This document shows positions 22,546 through 36,800 of a stretch of DNA of 64,000 nt, in pieces. The first letter of the stretch is position 1, and each line of letters begins with the position of its first letter. This DNA is from Chiloscyllium plagiosum (Eukaryota): NCBI RefSeq assembly GCF_004010195.1, contig NC_057719.1, positions 34,907,537 through 34,971,536 of the forward strand, written 5' to 3'. A program made the position numbers and the translations under genes. The notes beneath the pieces are model-generated. The model ran no database searches. It saw only the letters and a list, made by a program, of their open reading frames with translations, and was not told the origin of the DNA.

Positions 22546-22905
22546 GTTTGTGTAAAGATTTGTAGCTCAGGTGCCAGTTGTCGTGGCTGTGGGTATGGTC
22601 GCTGAGCTGGGAAGTTGATTTGCAGACGTTTCATCACAGGACAGCCAGAGAATCTCTAGAAGCTTGGCACTCAGCCACAGACTCCATCAACAAGCACATT
22701 GACCTAGACCCAATATACGGGCCGCTTCAACAAACAACTGGAACCGGCAACAACAGGCAGCAGAAACGGAACCAAATAAATTCCAGAAGACACAGTATAG
22801 CAGCACTTCACGGGAGGCTCCAAAGCACTGAAGATGTCACCTAGACAGCAGACAAAACATCTGCAAATTACCTTCCCAGCTCAGCGAACATACTCACAAT
22901 CACAA
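22546..22905 (+). mobile_element. Penelope-like fragment with inverted 5' segment and degenerate TSD
   Basis: TARESLEAWHSATDSINKHIDLDPIY; decayed hammerhead 22825-22864; GACACCATCTTCAAC / GACATCATCTCCTAC flanks. Confidence 0.75.
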
Positions 22906-23341
22906 GACATCATCTCCTACTATATGGTACATCCTCAGTACTGCAAAAACTGGCAGTCAAGTTTGTGTTAATTTATGTCTCTGGAATGAAGTGAGGCTTG
23001 AACCCACAGCCGACTTAATTGGGCAAAGGTGCTACTGAATTGCAGGTGACAGGGCAAAGGACAGCTAATTTTGTATCAGAATTTTACCCGCTGAACAACT
23101 GTTATACCATTTTGTTCCTCCAGCTATTAAAGTTATAATGTACAATACGTTTGCTGGACTAATTTTTATAATGTTCATGTTGAACTTTTCACTAATTTAC
23201 CAGGGAGTTCTTAGTCACTTTCAGAAACTTCTGAAGTTATTTGTAGCTTGAATGGAACTTCATAGTATTGTAATAATGAGCTACTATTGTAAATTAAAAT
23301 TAGCAATTGTTGTTGTATTAAAAAAAACTAATTTCTGACAG

Positions 23342-23420
23342 GTTGATTTTTTTTGGCGGCTATGGATGCAAGAAAATCAGTGAATTAAATGATTCATTTG
23401 ACGTGAATGAAGCATCCTGG
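23342..23420 (+). CDS. klhdc1: KLHDC1 exon (probably 5)
   Basis: cag|..|gtaaga; LIFFGGYGCKKISELNDSFDVNEASW. Confidence 0.94.
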
Positions 23421-24429
23421 GTAAGATACTGTCCTTTCTAATTACAACTTTATCTATCTAGTTTTTCATATCCATTTCTGCACCATTTATTACCCAATAG
23501 AAATTCTGTGACTGGTGATACTGTTTTAATCACATATTTAGCTGAAAATGTCTTACATGTAATACAGGTAAATGTTCTTAAGATATACATTTTCTTAAAC
23601 ATCTATGACCATTTTGATGCAAAGCCTTCAAGTCTTTTTACAAAAAGATTTGGATTTCTTCAATGTAGCACACCTTCATGCAGGTTGATTGCATCCAGTT
23701 TATTGTCCAGCAGTTGTAAGTGGTACTTTGACTTCATCAGAGTGTCCAGGGATAGCATGTGGCAGGCACTATCCAATTTCTTCTTGAAGCTATCATCCAA
23801 TCTAATGTACAGCACAACTTACCTTGTTGCTGCTGAGTGCTAATAAGGAGTGGACTGAAGCAATGCAGGACTTGGGCCTGGCACCACATGTTGAGCTGCA
23901 GCTGTTTGGAACTTTTTTACCAGACTCCAATGTAAATCCTTTTCACAGTGTTATAACTACCTCATTTCTAACTCATTCTCAGACACTCTAAGTAACGCTA
24001 CTGCTTCCCTTTTAATTCTCTTTTCTACAACAACACTGTTTTTTAACTGCGTAAGATTTGTACCTAGGTACAATGGCTCCATTAAATGTCAGCCATTGTG
24101 AAAACTTTTCACTATACTCCTGTATTGCTTTATTGGAGTACGTGACAATAAAGAATATTCTGTTCTATTCTATTGTTGTTTATTTGTTGTCATTGTGTTT
24201 AAAAATTTGAAACCTCCCCACAGCATTTATTTACAGCATGGCGTGAGTGACTTGAGAGGGGAAGCTAGCACTTGAGACCCAGTTTAGAAATAAGGGCTTC
24301 CCAGACTGAGGTAAAGAGGATTGTTAAATAACATTGTTAATCATGGGAAGTTTTTTTCCTTGGAGAGCTTTGGGCTTGGGTCATTGTCTCATTCTACTTT
24401 GAATATACTCAGAGTGTTGATCTGTAAGG

Positions 24430-26240
24430 GAGTCCAGAGAAGTCCAAACAAGTTCAGAGAACTGTGGATGACCAGAGGTATTCAAAATATGATGAGAAAG
24501 AGAAAAAAGGCTTTCAGCAGGTATAAGGGGAACAAATCAGCAGAGGCATTAGTGGAGTACAGAAAGTGGAGAGTGGAGTTAAGTAAACAGCTAGGAAAGC
24601 AAAGAGGAGATATGAGAAAGCTCTGGCTGGTAAAAGTAAGGAAAATCCCAAGGTATTTTCAGTTTCTTAATGGGAAGAGGATAACAAGGGCAAGAGTATG
24701 TCCCTTTAAGGACCAAGGGAGCAGGCTGTGGGTGGAGCTAAAGGACACTGGTAGAATGTTGAATTAGTACTTCATATCCATCCTCACCCAAGGGAATGAG
24801 GATGAAGCTATGGAACCCACTGGAAGAGACTAAAGGATGGTTGAGCAAATTGACGTAGGAAAGAACAAGATAATCCAGGTATTGGCAGGCTAAAAAGTGA
24901 ACACATCTCTAGATGAATTGTCCTTCACTGCTGTGGGAGGCAAGGGAGGAGATTGTAGGCACTGACCTAAATATTTAATTCCTGTCTGACCACAGGGGTT
25001 GTGCCAGAGGACCGGAGAACTTCTAATGTGGTTCTGATATTTAAGAAGGGTTGTGGAGAGAGGCCAGAGAACTACAGACCAAATGAGTCTCACGTCAGTC
25101 GTAGAGTAACAATTGGAAAAAATTCTAAATGAGAGCATCTGTCTCCATCTGGAAAGGCAAGGCTTGATCAGGAAGAGTCAGCGTGGTTTCGTCAATAGAA
25201 AGTCATGACTAACAAATTGGATTGAATTTTCTGAAGAGCTGACCAGATCTATAGAAGAGGATAGTGCAGTTGATGTAGTTTGTAGGGATTTCATTAAAGC
25301 CTTTCACAAGATGCCACTTAGAAGGTTCATCGAGAAAGCAAATGCACATTGGATAAAGGGTAATTTGATAGTGAATTCAAAATTGGCTCATCTGTAGGAG
25401 AAAGAGGGTGATGACAGAAGATTTTAGTGACAGGAAGCCAGTAGCATACCATGAGGATCTGTGCTGGGTCCCCTATTAATCATTTTTATATACTTGACAT
25501 AGATGACTGTGTGTGGGAGGTTGGATAAGTAAATTTGTGGATGATGTAAAGATTGATAGGGTGGTTAACAGTGAAGTTGACTGTCTTGGGCTACAACAAG
25601 ATAAAAACGGCATTGTCAAATTGGCAGATAAGTGGCATAAGGAATTCAACCCTGAAAAGTTGATACACTTTGGAGTATTTTGAAAAGGAAGTATTCAGGA
25701 ATGGTATGACACTAGGAAGTTCTGTAGAATAAAGATATCTTGGAGTGTTTGTCCATAAACATTTGAAGGTGGAAGGGAATGTTAGTAGGGTGGTGAAAAA
25801 GGTACATGGGACTCTTGCCTTTATCAATCAAGGCATAGATTACAAAGGCAGGGAAGTCATGTTGGAGTTGTGTAGAACTTTGCTGAGATCAGAGCTACGA
25901 GTAGTGTGCACTTTTGGTCACCATTTTACAGGAAGAATGTGGTTAAACTTGAAGGACTGCTAAGGAGATTCACCAGGATGCTACCTGGGATGGAAACTTT
26001 AAGTTATGAGGATATGTTGGATGGACTTGGGAAGTTTTTGTTGGATTAGAAGAGACTAAGGGGTGATCTGATTTGAGGTTTACAAGGGGCATAGACAGAC
26101 TGGAGAGCACTTGGCATGTAATAACATTCAAGGCTTTAGGCCAAGTGGTGCTAAATGGGATTAGTTGGAAGGTCAGGTGTTTCTCACATGTCAGTGCAGA
26201 CTTGATGGGCCGAAGGACCTTTTAGTACTGTGTGATTCTG
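24430..26240 (+). mobile_element. CR1-type LINE ORF2 fragment, degraded
   Basis: ELWMTRGIQ, NYRP.SLTSV, SQRGFV, VDVV..DF.KAF.K, 3' GGGCCGAAGG tail. Confidence 0.8.
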
Positions 26241-27700
26241 AGGCCAAGGTTATGAGGGCAAGGAGGAAAGTGGAGTTAATGCCAGAATCAATTTAGCCAT
26301 GATCTTGAATGGTGGAGGAGTTGAATGCCCCACTTTGTTTTAGAAAATGATCTAATGAATGTTCAGATTTTGCAAACTGCTGATCTTGCTTTGAAAAGCT
26401 TCTCATTGCTATTAGCCATTGTTGCTCAATGCATAATGTATTGTGGCTATAACATTGTTGCCATTGTCATATCTGTGGCTAGGTAGTGTTCTACTGGACA
26501 ATATTCTTATAAGTACATGGAAAATGCCTGAATCAGAACCAAGAGTGTCTTAAACAGTTCACAATCTGTGCTACATTTCCGCCAAACATTGTTTGACAGA
26601 ATCATTTGCGAGTTGTTTGTGATCTGAATAGATTCTACAGTGTACTTGAAAGATAATAAATGATCTGGTTATCATTGCTGACTTAAAACTCCAGGTCTTT
26701 TGAATATTTTGTTTATGGATTGTAAATCATCTGAATTGGTCCTTGTTACCATTCCATCTTCCTGTCCAGCTGATTTTTATGCTGTATGAAACAAAGCTTT
26801 TCTTTAGAGCACCAGTTGCTTCTACTGTCCAAAACTTGCTATTGGTATTAGATGTGTCCATAAGAGGTTTATTTCTTGTAAAATTTCAACACTGATAGTT
26901 GTTAGTATAATATAGTGAATTTATCCCCTTTAATATTAGACTGATTCACTTTACACAGCAAGGTGTTTCCAATTAAATTGATCAGCATACAGTGACAAGA
27001 GACCGCTACTGCACATGAAAAGGAAGAAATTTCCTTCCTAATGAACTTTAGTCAACAGAGGATAAAACCTCCGAAGCTAGTTCCTGTTACTTGTAGTCTG
27101 TGAAGAGAATTTGCCTGTTAATGGATTAGTAGGGCATATTTTGCTATAACGGTGCAAAGAATTCTCTTTGGTGTAGGTACAACCTATCTCTATAATTTGT
27201 AGAAATTCTGGAATTCCCCTCCCTAACTGCATTACGGGGGTATCTACACCAAATAGACTGTCGTAGGTTCAAGGCAGCTCACCATCACCTTACCAAGGGC
27301 GATTACTGAGAGCTAATAAATGCTGTCCAGCCAGCAAAGCCCACGAGTTATGATCCAAATCAACAGAAAGAATAAATGCTTCATAAACTGCAAATGAGAG
27401 AGTGCGGGAAACTCAGCTTCATAAAACAGCATGAGAGGGAGCAGGTACAGCAACTGCAGAAACACTGCAAAATTGTGTTCAGGGATAGTACTTCCTGGAA
27501 CAGTGTATCCGGCAGTGGACAGCTCACAGCTAGCTGAGCCTGGGGTTCTGTCTATCTGTCAATTTGAGATTATAAAAGAAAGCTGATGTTGCAGGGAAAC
27601 AGATGAGTGATTGTATGTCAGTATTTTGTTTAGTTGTCTTCCAAAACAATGATAACTTATTTGTAATTGTAAGATTTTACTTAGTGTTGGTAATTTTTTT

Positions 27701-28014
27701 TAGATTAGATTACTTATAGTGTGGAAACAGGCCCTTTGGCCCAACAAGTCCACACCGACCCGCCACCCACCCAGACCCATTCCCCTACATTTATCCCTTC
27801 ACCTAACACCATGGGCAATTTAGCATGACCAATTCACCTAACCCGCACATTTTTATTTTGGACTGTGGGAGGAAACAAGAGCACCTGGAGGAAACCCACA
27901 CAAACACGGGGAGAAGGTGCAAACTCCACACAGTCAGTCGCCGAGGCAGGAATTGAACCTGGGTCTCTGGCGCTGTGAGGCAACAGTGCTAACCACTGTG
28001 CCACCGTGCCGCCC
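27701..28014 (-). mobile_element. HE1-type V-SINE, full length
   Basis: GGGCGGCACGGTGGCACAGTGGTTAGCAC head, V domain, (AATCT)n tail. Confidence 0.9.
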
Positions 28015-28079
28015 TGAAATAAAACTATTGAATGTGTAAGGGTTATTAATTTTAAATTAACACAAAATAAAGACATCAA

Positions 28080-29090
28080 GGGGGTGAAATACTGCAGCAG
28101 CAGAATGTGGAGGCTTCTAAATGCAGCTATCATCCAGGATAAACATCTGCCATGTCTGGCCGCAAGAACTATGGCTTAGAGGTTATGAGCTGGAGGCTGA
28201 GCTACAGACACTGAAAGGTCATGGAGGGAGAAAATTACTTATATGTTTTGTTCCAGAAGGGAGTCACACCCCTTAGTCTTTTGATTTGGTCAATAATCAG
28301 GGACAGGAAGTCTCTGACTTCAAATGGGACAGTTTAGAGGAATGAAATGGTGGGAGTGCAGGAGCCTTAGCCCTTGCAATTGTCCAACAGACTTAAGGTT
28401 CTTGCTCTCTGTATGGATGAAAGCAGGGGTGGCAGAGTAAATTAGCAAACTGTCCATGGCACCATTGTACAGGAAGTCATTCAAATAGGAGCAGTGATTA
28501 GAAACGTAAATGGTCGTATGGAACTACATATTCAGAGGAATACATGTTATACATTAGAATATAAATGTTTCTGAGGAGTCTGAATCCATTGGTTTTAGTG
28601 AGAGCTTAATTTAAACACATTCTTAAATCTCAGCATTAATTGCTGGCCCCCTATACTAGTACAATGAATTCTCACCCAGTCAGCCTTTAATCAATATATC
28701 TATCATGTTCCCTCATTCCTTTAGGTTTTAAGCATCCTGTTGGACCTGATAACAATTGACATAAGTTTCTGCCTGATGAAGGGCTTTTGCCTGAAACGTC
28801 GATTTTCCTGCTTCTCGGATGCTGCCTGACCTGCTGTGTTTTTCCAGCACCACTCTAATCTTGACTCTGATCTCCAGCATCTGCAGTCCTCACTTTCGCC
28901 TATAGGTTTCTGCAGCTGAGTGTGAATGTCCAGGTGGCTATGCTGCCTGCCCGAAGCCAAGATATGGGATATCTTTTCAGGCTGGAGAGGAACTTACACT
29001 GGAAGGTAGAGGAATCAGTGTTTGTAGTCTGGATAGAGATTAAAAGACATGGGTAGAACTGGGAAAAAAAAGATTTTTCTGAGAGAGTGT
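28080..29090 (+). mobile_element. CR1 ORF1 (esterase-type) fragments
   Basis: LWLR..ELEAELQTL, LQLSNR.KVL, SRWLCCLP.A..LERNL.W motifs, interrupted. Confidence 0.5.
28773..28901 (+). mobile_element. Penelope-derived terminal repeat starting at a hammerhead core (28773-28800)
   Basis: CTGATGA-A-GGGC(TTTT)GCCT-GAAAC-GTC; flanks ATAAGTTTCTGC / ATAGGTTTCTGC. Confidence 0.75.
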
Positions 29091-29245
29091 GAGAGTAATA
29101 GTGATTTACATATAGAACATTGAATGGTCCATTTACAGATATGCTTTTAATGCTATTCACAAAATAATTTTGGATGAAGACCTGAAATTTATAACAATGT
29201 TTGATATCTTTGTCATATTTGATTTGGAGGTTTTTTTTCTTTCAG

Positions 29246-29329
29246 GAAGAAGAGATGTTCTGGGGGTGGAATTATGACATCCATGTCTTTGACCCCAACT
29301 TAAACATCTGGTACCAGCCAACAACTAGA
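29246..29329 (+). CDS. klhdc1: KLHDC1 exon (probably 6)
   Basis: ttttctttcag|..|gtaagt; EEEMFWGWNYDIHVFDPNLNIWYQPTTR. Confidence 0.94.
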
Positions 29330-29989
29330 GTAAGTTGAAATTTGTAGGATAACCACTTTGTTATCCCAGATTTTATGTTGCATGATTGATAAGTAAATTC
29401 AAAGTTTAAAATGATTGTAAAAGCTATGGTTAAGTATGTATTACCTTGCTTTACAGTTGTAATATTGATCTTCGAAGTTGTGTACAGTTGTAAAAGTGCA
29501 TGCATGAAGGGGTCCTTTATATCTACTTTATCCTTTTTGCATGATGAGCTACATTTCAATATTTTGTTCATTCATTCTTACTCAGTCAAGGGAATGCTGA
29601 ATGAAGATCGGAAAGATGTGCTTTAGCACAAAATTAAGCAAAATAAAAAGCAATGTCAAAGGAATAAATAGTTGCTTTTTGCAAAAAAAATGAATAAAAA
29701 TGATAATGAATAAAACCAAGTCACAGAGCTATTGATAAAATTGTTTTTATCTTTTTGCTTAACAAGCAGAGCCAGGAAGACAGACTAGCCCTCCCCAGGT
29801 TTGTCAATTTTTACAATTGAGTAATTGGAGAAGCTGTGAAAGCAGCAAAACAATTTTTCTCATTCTACCCTGCCTGAACTTCTATCTGCCCCCATAAGAC
29901 GCTTCCTGTTGTTATTCTTACATTTGGCAATTGTCATTTAGTGGGCCAATGCCTGTACAGGAAAGTGAGAGAGAGAAAGAGTACAGCCA

Positions 29990-30688
29990 AAGATGAAGGA
30001 GAATGCAACTTGGTTGTGAAAATAAAGAGACCTTGGAGTGCAGGTTCATAGTTCCTTGACAGTTGAGTTGCAGAGAGATAGGATAATGAAGAAGGCGTTT
30101 GGTATGCTTTTCTTTATTGGTCAGGTCATGTTGCGGCTGTACAGGACATTGGTTAGGCCACTTTTGGAATATTGTGTGCAATTCTGGTCGTCTTCCTATT
30201 GGAAGGATGTTGTGAAACTTGAAAAGGTTCAGAAAAAATTTACAAGGATGTTGCCAGGGTTGGAGGATTTGAGCTATAGGGAGCAGTTGAATAGCCGAGG
30301 GCTGTTTTCTCTGGAGCATCAGAGGCTGAGAGGTGACATTTTAGAGGTTTATAAAGTCATAAGGAGCACGGCTAGGATAAATAGACAAAGTCTTTTCCCT
30401 GGGGTGGGTGAGTCCAGAACTAGAGGGCATAAGTTTAGAGTGAGCGGGGAAAGATATAAAAGAGACTTAAGAAGTAACTTTTTCACGCAGAGGGTGATAC
30501 GTGTATGGAAGTGGTGGAGTCTAGTACAATTGCAACATTTAAAAGGCATCTGGATGGGTATATGAATAGGAAGGGTTTGGAGGGCTGGCAGGTGGGACTA
30601 GATTGGATTGGGATATCTGGTCAGCATGGACAAGTTGGAACAAAGGGTCTGTTTCTGTGGTGTACATCTCTATGACTGTATGACTTTA
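29990..30688 (+). mobile_element. CR1/HER1 LINE 3' end
   Basis: LYRTLVRPLLEYCVQFWS..RLRGD..TRGHKF; (CTATGACT)-like tail. Confidence 0.9.
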
Positions 30689-31550
30689 AAACAAAGCATG
30701 ACATTTCACTTTCACATGGTTTGTTCCTGCTGCAATCACATGATGGGCTACCTGGCAAACTCCTCAGTAGCAAGCACAGGATAGTAATGGCTTCTATATG
30801 GAGGACAGAAGCTCTGTGCAGATCTGTCACTTCCAGTTAGTGATACTTTGATCTGTGAGTCTGCAGGCCTCCGAGAGCCTTAGCAGACTAGCTTCTGGTA
30901 CATGGACCTTATGCTGGACAACTCACTTTTAGACTCTAGTTATCAAAATTCTTTTGTTTAAGTACCCCTCTTTTCAAATGAATAGTAATCATGGAACCTC
31001 CCCATCTAAATTATAATACACATATGTCCAGGTTTTGAGTATCATGTTGTATCACGGTGCCCTTCCTTTTATTTTCAAACCTTTTTAAACCCCCCTGCCA
31101 CCATGAACAAAATGGAATGTATCTGGCATCCGTTATCAGATTGTTTATTAGTGATCTTTCTATCGCTCTCAGCAATTATTCTTGTGTGCCCTTGGCTCTC
31201 AGGTGAGGCAGTCAGTCAGCACTGCCCAGGTAAGCTCCTTACTTTGCTATTGCCTCCAGCTTTGCTATTGTATACAACTTGACTATTTTTCAAACTCTTT
31301 GAAACATCTCCTGGAACAGACTGATATATAAAGTAGAGTTTCTCAATCACTTGCATGTGTTTTAAATGGTTTTGTCCCAAAGCTGTTTTCCTCAGATTAG
31401 CCCTCATTCTGAAGATGAGTTTTGCTTCACAGATATGGCGACACAATTTTACCCTCATGCACTAATTTTAGTAAAATATGCTTTATTATTTAGTTTTTAT
31501 AAAAATATTTACTGTGACTTTGACATACTTGAATGTGTACTGTTTTATAG

Positions 31551-31631
31551 GGAATGCCTCCTCGCCCTCGAGCAGCACATGCATGTGCCACATTGGGAAA
31601 TAAAGGATTTTTATTTGGAGGAAGAATACTG
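31551..31631 (+). CDS. klhdc1: KLHDC1 exon (probably 7)
   Basis: tag|..|gtgagt; GMPPRPRAAHACATLGNKGFLFGGRIL. Confidence 0.94.
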
Positions 31632-33368
31632 GTGAGTTGTGTATCTATTCTTCTAACAGAAAAACAATGTTAAAAATACTGATGCCTTTATTAAGCCTAA
31701 ATCACAGATACAGTATAGTGAAAGGTGATTTTTTTATGAAGCAAAATTGTACAGGTATATGTTTATCATAAATAGTCAGAATTTGTATTTGGTAATATTT
31801 AGTATATGTACATTTCAAAAGGTCTTGTTGATAGGTAGCAATGATCTTTTTTTTCTCTTGGCAAAATAGTACTGTACCATGGAGGTTTTTTTTTAATTTG
31901 TTCATGGAATATGAGTGTCACTGACTAGGCCAGCATTTATTGCCCATTCTTAATTTGGAGGGTAGTTAAGAGTCAACTACATTGTTGTTAGTCTGTAGTC
32001 ATATGAAGCCAAACCAGATGACGGTGACAGATTTCACTCCCAAGCATTGTGTGCATGAGTTTCACTGAGCTTCATTAAATAAAAACAAAGCAAAATATGA
32101 TTTATCAAGTCAGATCTCCATCTGACCTTTGAGATCTGACTTGTCCAGTAATATCAATTGGAATCAACTCTGAAAACTTCTTCCAGTTGTACCAATGGCA
32201 TGAAACCCCTTGCTGCTAACCTCAAAAATCTCTTCTACAAATTATGTAAGATCATTTGTCCCTATGTCTGATAGATCCTGGAGATGAGATTTTAACTTAT
32301 TCAAAATTCACCCAATTGCACAGTGTTAAATTCAGACCTTGGATATTCTCCCAAACTGTTTGAAACCCTGTGATTGAGTGATTGTAAGCCCAACCTCTTC
32401 GCCCAGTGTTCCTGGATTCCATACCTTCCCCATTCTAAAGATCCAAAACTTCAAAGCTACTCAACAGTTTTCAAGACATGCCTAAAGGGAAAGGAAAATT
32501 TCGAAAATCCAATGTAATAACTCAAAGCACAGAAATGCTCAATAGGTTTGTGTTCTTTGGAGGAAAAAGGGATAAAGGGCAAAGGTGAATTGATTACTAT
32601 GTCTTTACCACTACTTTCCTCACAGGATCATTCATTTAATCAACTTAATCATTGCTAATAAATTACTTGTGGCTCTATTAAGTTCTTTGGTATGTTTATT
32701 AGCCATCATTTATTAATTCATTTCTGTACTTCATTTGATATGCTTGTGATTGCCTGTATATAAATTTATTCACTGATGTTTGCTGGTCCGCTAACTTATT
32801 TGAATTTGCTTGGTATAGTAGCTATGTCTTAAATCATTGTTGCTGAAGTTTCGATTTATGGCACCCATTGTAGTTTGCTAAGCCAATAATTTCTAGATAG
32901 CTACAACATTAAATTCACAGAATTATTTTGTTATCTGTGGGACCTGATGCATGTGGTCGGTGTTGATTTCTTTAGGTTCAAATTCCCTGTTATGCATCAT
33001 CAAAAATACATTTCACTAATTTTTACTATTACTCTTTTAATCACTATTGTAAATACTTGTGTTATATATTTTTTATTTTGTAGACTATTTAAAAACACAA
33101 CATATGGGACTCCCAGTGTGTAACCTGACAGGAACTTGAGTAATAAAATTGAAAAACTGTATGTCAGCATATAATTCTGGAGCAAGAATGTCACCATTTC
33201 TTAATTGATTTCTCTTCACACGGATCCAATATAGATCCATTTATATTGTCTCATATGTATGTTGAGTATTGCCACGGTAGATAAGTTGAGATTTCTTTAA
33301 AAGTGTGGACAAACCACAAATTAGATACTTCTGTTGATGTGTAAAATATATCATTGCTTGATTTCCAG

Positions 33369-33427
33369 GAAACGAGAATTAATGATTTGCACTGCTTGAA
33401 CTTAGATACATGGACTTGGTCAGGAGA
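33369..33427 (+). CDS. klhdc1: KLHDC1 exon (probably 8)
   Basis: cag|..|gtaagt; ETRINDLHCLNLDTWTWSG. Confidence 0.94.
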
Positions 33428-33699
33428 GTAAGTAGTTTAGTTTTCTATATAAATATGTAGATTATGTATAAGCAGTAGTCCACCTTTTCCCTTGATTAAT
33501 GTTTCTCCTAGTAACTTGTTAATGTTGAAATTCTGTGGACCTTCTATTTGGAAACCTTCTCATCATTGTCTGACAGGGAAGAACTACTAGTTTTTATATA
33601 GAACCCTTAGCATAAAACATCTCTGAAGTGCTTTATGGAGGCATTATAAAGCAAAATTTGATGGCCAGCCATATTCGGCAGTGCTAGGATAAATGGCCA

Positions 33700-34760
33700 A
33701 TAATCAGAGTCAGAGAACTGTACAGCATGGAAACAGAACTTCAGTCCAACTCATTCAAGCTGACCAGATTTCCTAAATTAATCTAGATCAATTTGCCAGT
33801 ATTTGGCCCGTATCCCTCTAAAGACTTCTGATTCATGTAATCATCTAGATGCCTTTTAAATATTGTAATTGTACAGCCTCCACCATTTCCTCTCGCATCT
33901 CATTCCCTAAATGCATCACCCTCTGCATGAAAACATTGCCACTTGGGTCCCTTTTAAATCTTTCCCCTCTCTCCTTAAACCTATGCCCTCTAGTTTTGGA
34001 CTTCCCCACCCTGAGGAAAAGAACTTCCCTATTTACCCTATCCATGCCCCTCATGATTTTATAAACCTCTATAAAGTCATCCCTCAGCCTTTGATGCTTC
34101 AGGGAAAATAGCCCCAGCCTGTTCAGCCTCTCCTTATAGCTCAAATCCTCCAACCCTGGCAACAACCTTGTAAATTATTTCTGAACCCTTTCAAGTTTCA
34201 AAACATCCTTCCTATAGCAGGGAGACCAGAATTGCACACAGTAGTCCGAAAGTGGCCCACCCAATGTCCTGCAACATGACCTCCCAACTCCTATACTTAT
34301 TGCACTGACCAATAAAGGCAAACATACCAAATGTCCTCTTCACTATCCTATCTACCTTGGACTCTACTTTCCAGAACAATGAACCTCTCCAGGGTCTCTT
34401 TGTTCAGCAGCGGTCCCTAGGATGTTACCATGAAGTGCATAAGCCCTGCCCTGAATTGCCTTTCCAAAATGCAGCACCTCACATTTATATAAATTAAACT
34501 CCATTTCCCAGTCCTCAACCCATTGGCCCATCTGACCAAGATGTGGTTGCGCTCAGAGGTAGCCTTCATCACTGTCCACTGCACCTCCAATTTTGGTGTC
34601 ATGTGCAAACTTCCTAACCATTCCTGCTACGTTCATATCTAACCCATTTATATAAATGATGAAAAGCGGTGGACCTAGCACCAATCCTTGCAGCACCCTG
34701 CTGGTTACTGGCCTCCAATCTGGAAACCAACCCTCCACCACCACCTTCTTTCTTCCATCT
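33700..34760 (-). mobile_element. CR1/HER1 LINE 3' part
   Basis: WRPVTS.VLQG.VLGP, KFAHDTKIGG, MLPGLEDLSYKERLNRLGLFSL. Confidence 0.9.
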
Positions 34761-34929
34761 TGGTCAAAAATAGGTTACCTTTGGTCAAAGAGGTGAATGT
34801 AAGTAGTGTCATGAGCAGGGTAAGCACAAAAAGGATGTTCCTGAAAGCGGAAACGGTACTGAGCTGGATGATTGGCCATGATCACATTGAAGGGCCAAAT
34901 GGCCTGCATGAGATCCTATTTTCTATGTC

Positions 34930-35330
34930 ACAAAGGAGAGAAGAGAGATGAAGAGGAAATTCTGTGGTTTGGGGTTTTGGCAGTTGCTAATACTGGAGCA
35001 CTTGGTCAGAGATACTGAAGAGAAGCACAACTTGAAAGATTATGGGTTTGGAGGAATTTACAGATGGAGTGGGTGAGACACTGGAAAGATTTGAAAATGA
35101 GAATTTCAAAATTGATTGTTGCTTATTTATAAATTGATACAAGTCAATGAGCATAGGGTTAATTAGTGAACAGGACTTGTACAAGTTGGCACATAGACAG
35201 TAGACTTTGGATGACCTAAGATTAATGGAGGGTATTGGGATTGAATTGGGATGGTCAGATCTGCAGGTAACAAAAGCATGGATGAGGAACGCAGGAATGG
35301 AGTCAGGAAATGTTATAAAGATAGATATAG
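34930..35330 (-). mobile_element. L2-type LINE 3' fragment, old
   Basis: LIHAFVTCR.D motif (L2 pattern LIHAFVTSRLDY). Confidence 0.5.
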
Positions 35331-36800
35331 GCTGCCTGAGAGATGATAGAGCTGTGATTGGAGACTTATCCATGTATTTTATTCAGCTCCTTTACTCTTA
35401 GTCATGATTTTTTTTAAAACTTAGTAATCTCCTTTTTGAACATCTTTTACTGTCATTCAATTTATCATTTTGTCCAACCAGTTAGTCTTGGTTAAATCAA
35501 CTTTGTTCCGACTGAAATGAAGTAGTTTTAGATCCAACAACTTCATCTTGGATTCTCCTGAATTAGTTTCATTTCCAGCAGACAATCACCAGAGGAAAAA
35601 TTTGACTAGTTGATAATTCAGGATAGAATCAGTAAATACTTACACGTAAACTAATAAATGATGGTCAGTTTAAAAGACACGTTATGTTTGATTTAACTGA
35701 ATTTATATGACAGAGAGTTTAAACAATATAGACATATGTGCAGATTTTCAAAAAATGTTTGAAATGTTGCCATAGAAATCACAGGTGTTTGGTGTAAAAT
35801 TGGATTAAACGACCTTTTGAGCCTCTTCCACCATTGAATCGCAATGGCAGATCTGGCTCATGAAATTAAAGAAAATGCTCTTACATTGGTAAGAGATAAA
35901 TGGAAGCAATAAGTGCAGAAGTGTAACTGAATGCTTCTCAGATTTGAGTGATGGAATCCTCATTTCTATTTTTATAAATGTTTGAATTGAGACACAAGCA
36001 AACCAATTAGGGGTCATGCCAAACTGAGGAAAATTTAGTGAAAATTTTGATTAGTGGAGTAGGTACATAAGTAGTTCAGTGCAGAAGAGCATGAATTTTG
36101 TTACATTTTGATGGAAAATATAATAATAATGAATAAATAATTATCAAATTCTAAAACTTTTAACTGAAAGTTATTAATTGACTTCATGAAGATTATTTCT
36201 CACGTAAAAACTTTTCATAAAGGTTACATGCTTCCAAGTACTGAGTTTCACTGGACAAACTTCTTCAAAACCACAAAATCTCGCTAAAGATTGCTTGCTT
36301 TTAATTAGTGAAGATGCTTCAAAATGTATAATTTTGTTTTATCAGTTTGAGATCTGAAGTGTATATTGTTTCCTGTACTATTTCCAGTACTGTACTTGAA
36401 TGAATAAGAGTTTAGTGTTCACCATCTGGCACACTGTCCAAGAACCTTTGTGCATTAAATTATATTTTAATTCAGAGGAATGATGACTTTGGAAGGGATC
36501 TTCTACATTTGGCTTTCAGAAAAGTGTTTGGGGTGAGCCGCAGTCAAAATAGTTGCTGTAGTGAGAAAACATGCACAGTTATTGGAACATAATCTATCTC
36601 CTTTTTAAAAAAAAATAAATTAAGATTCATAAATCACAGCAAATGTCACGTCTTTCGTAAAGATGAATAAAATTTCATCATTTGTACAAGGTAAATGCAT
36701 GTTTAATACTTTGGTAAGACACTCATTTGTGTGGTTTTTGAATAAGAAGCAGATAGATATAAAATTACTGTTTTTTTCCTACCCTGTATCTTACCTTTAG

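Noticed and set aside
27930..28014. tRNA genes at SINE heads (also 22086, 40621, 42560)
   Set aside because: The A/B boxes continue into the V domain and LINE-like tail, so these are SINEs rather than tRNAs.
30038..30565. 175-aa ORF as a host gene
   Set aside because: It is the C-terminus of CR1 ORF2 in a 5'-truncated copy.
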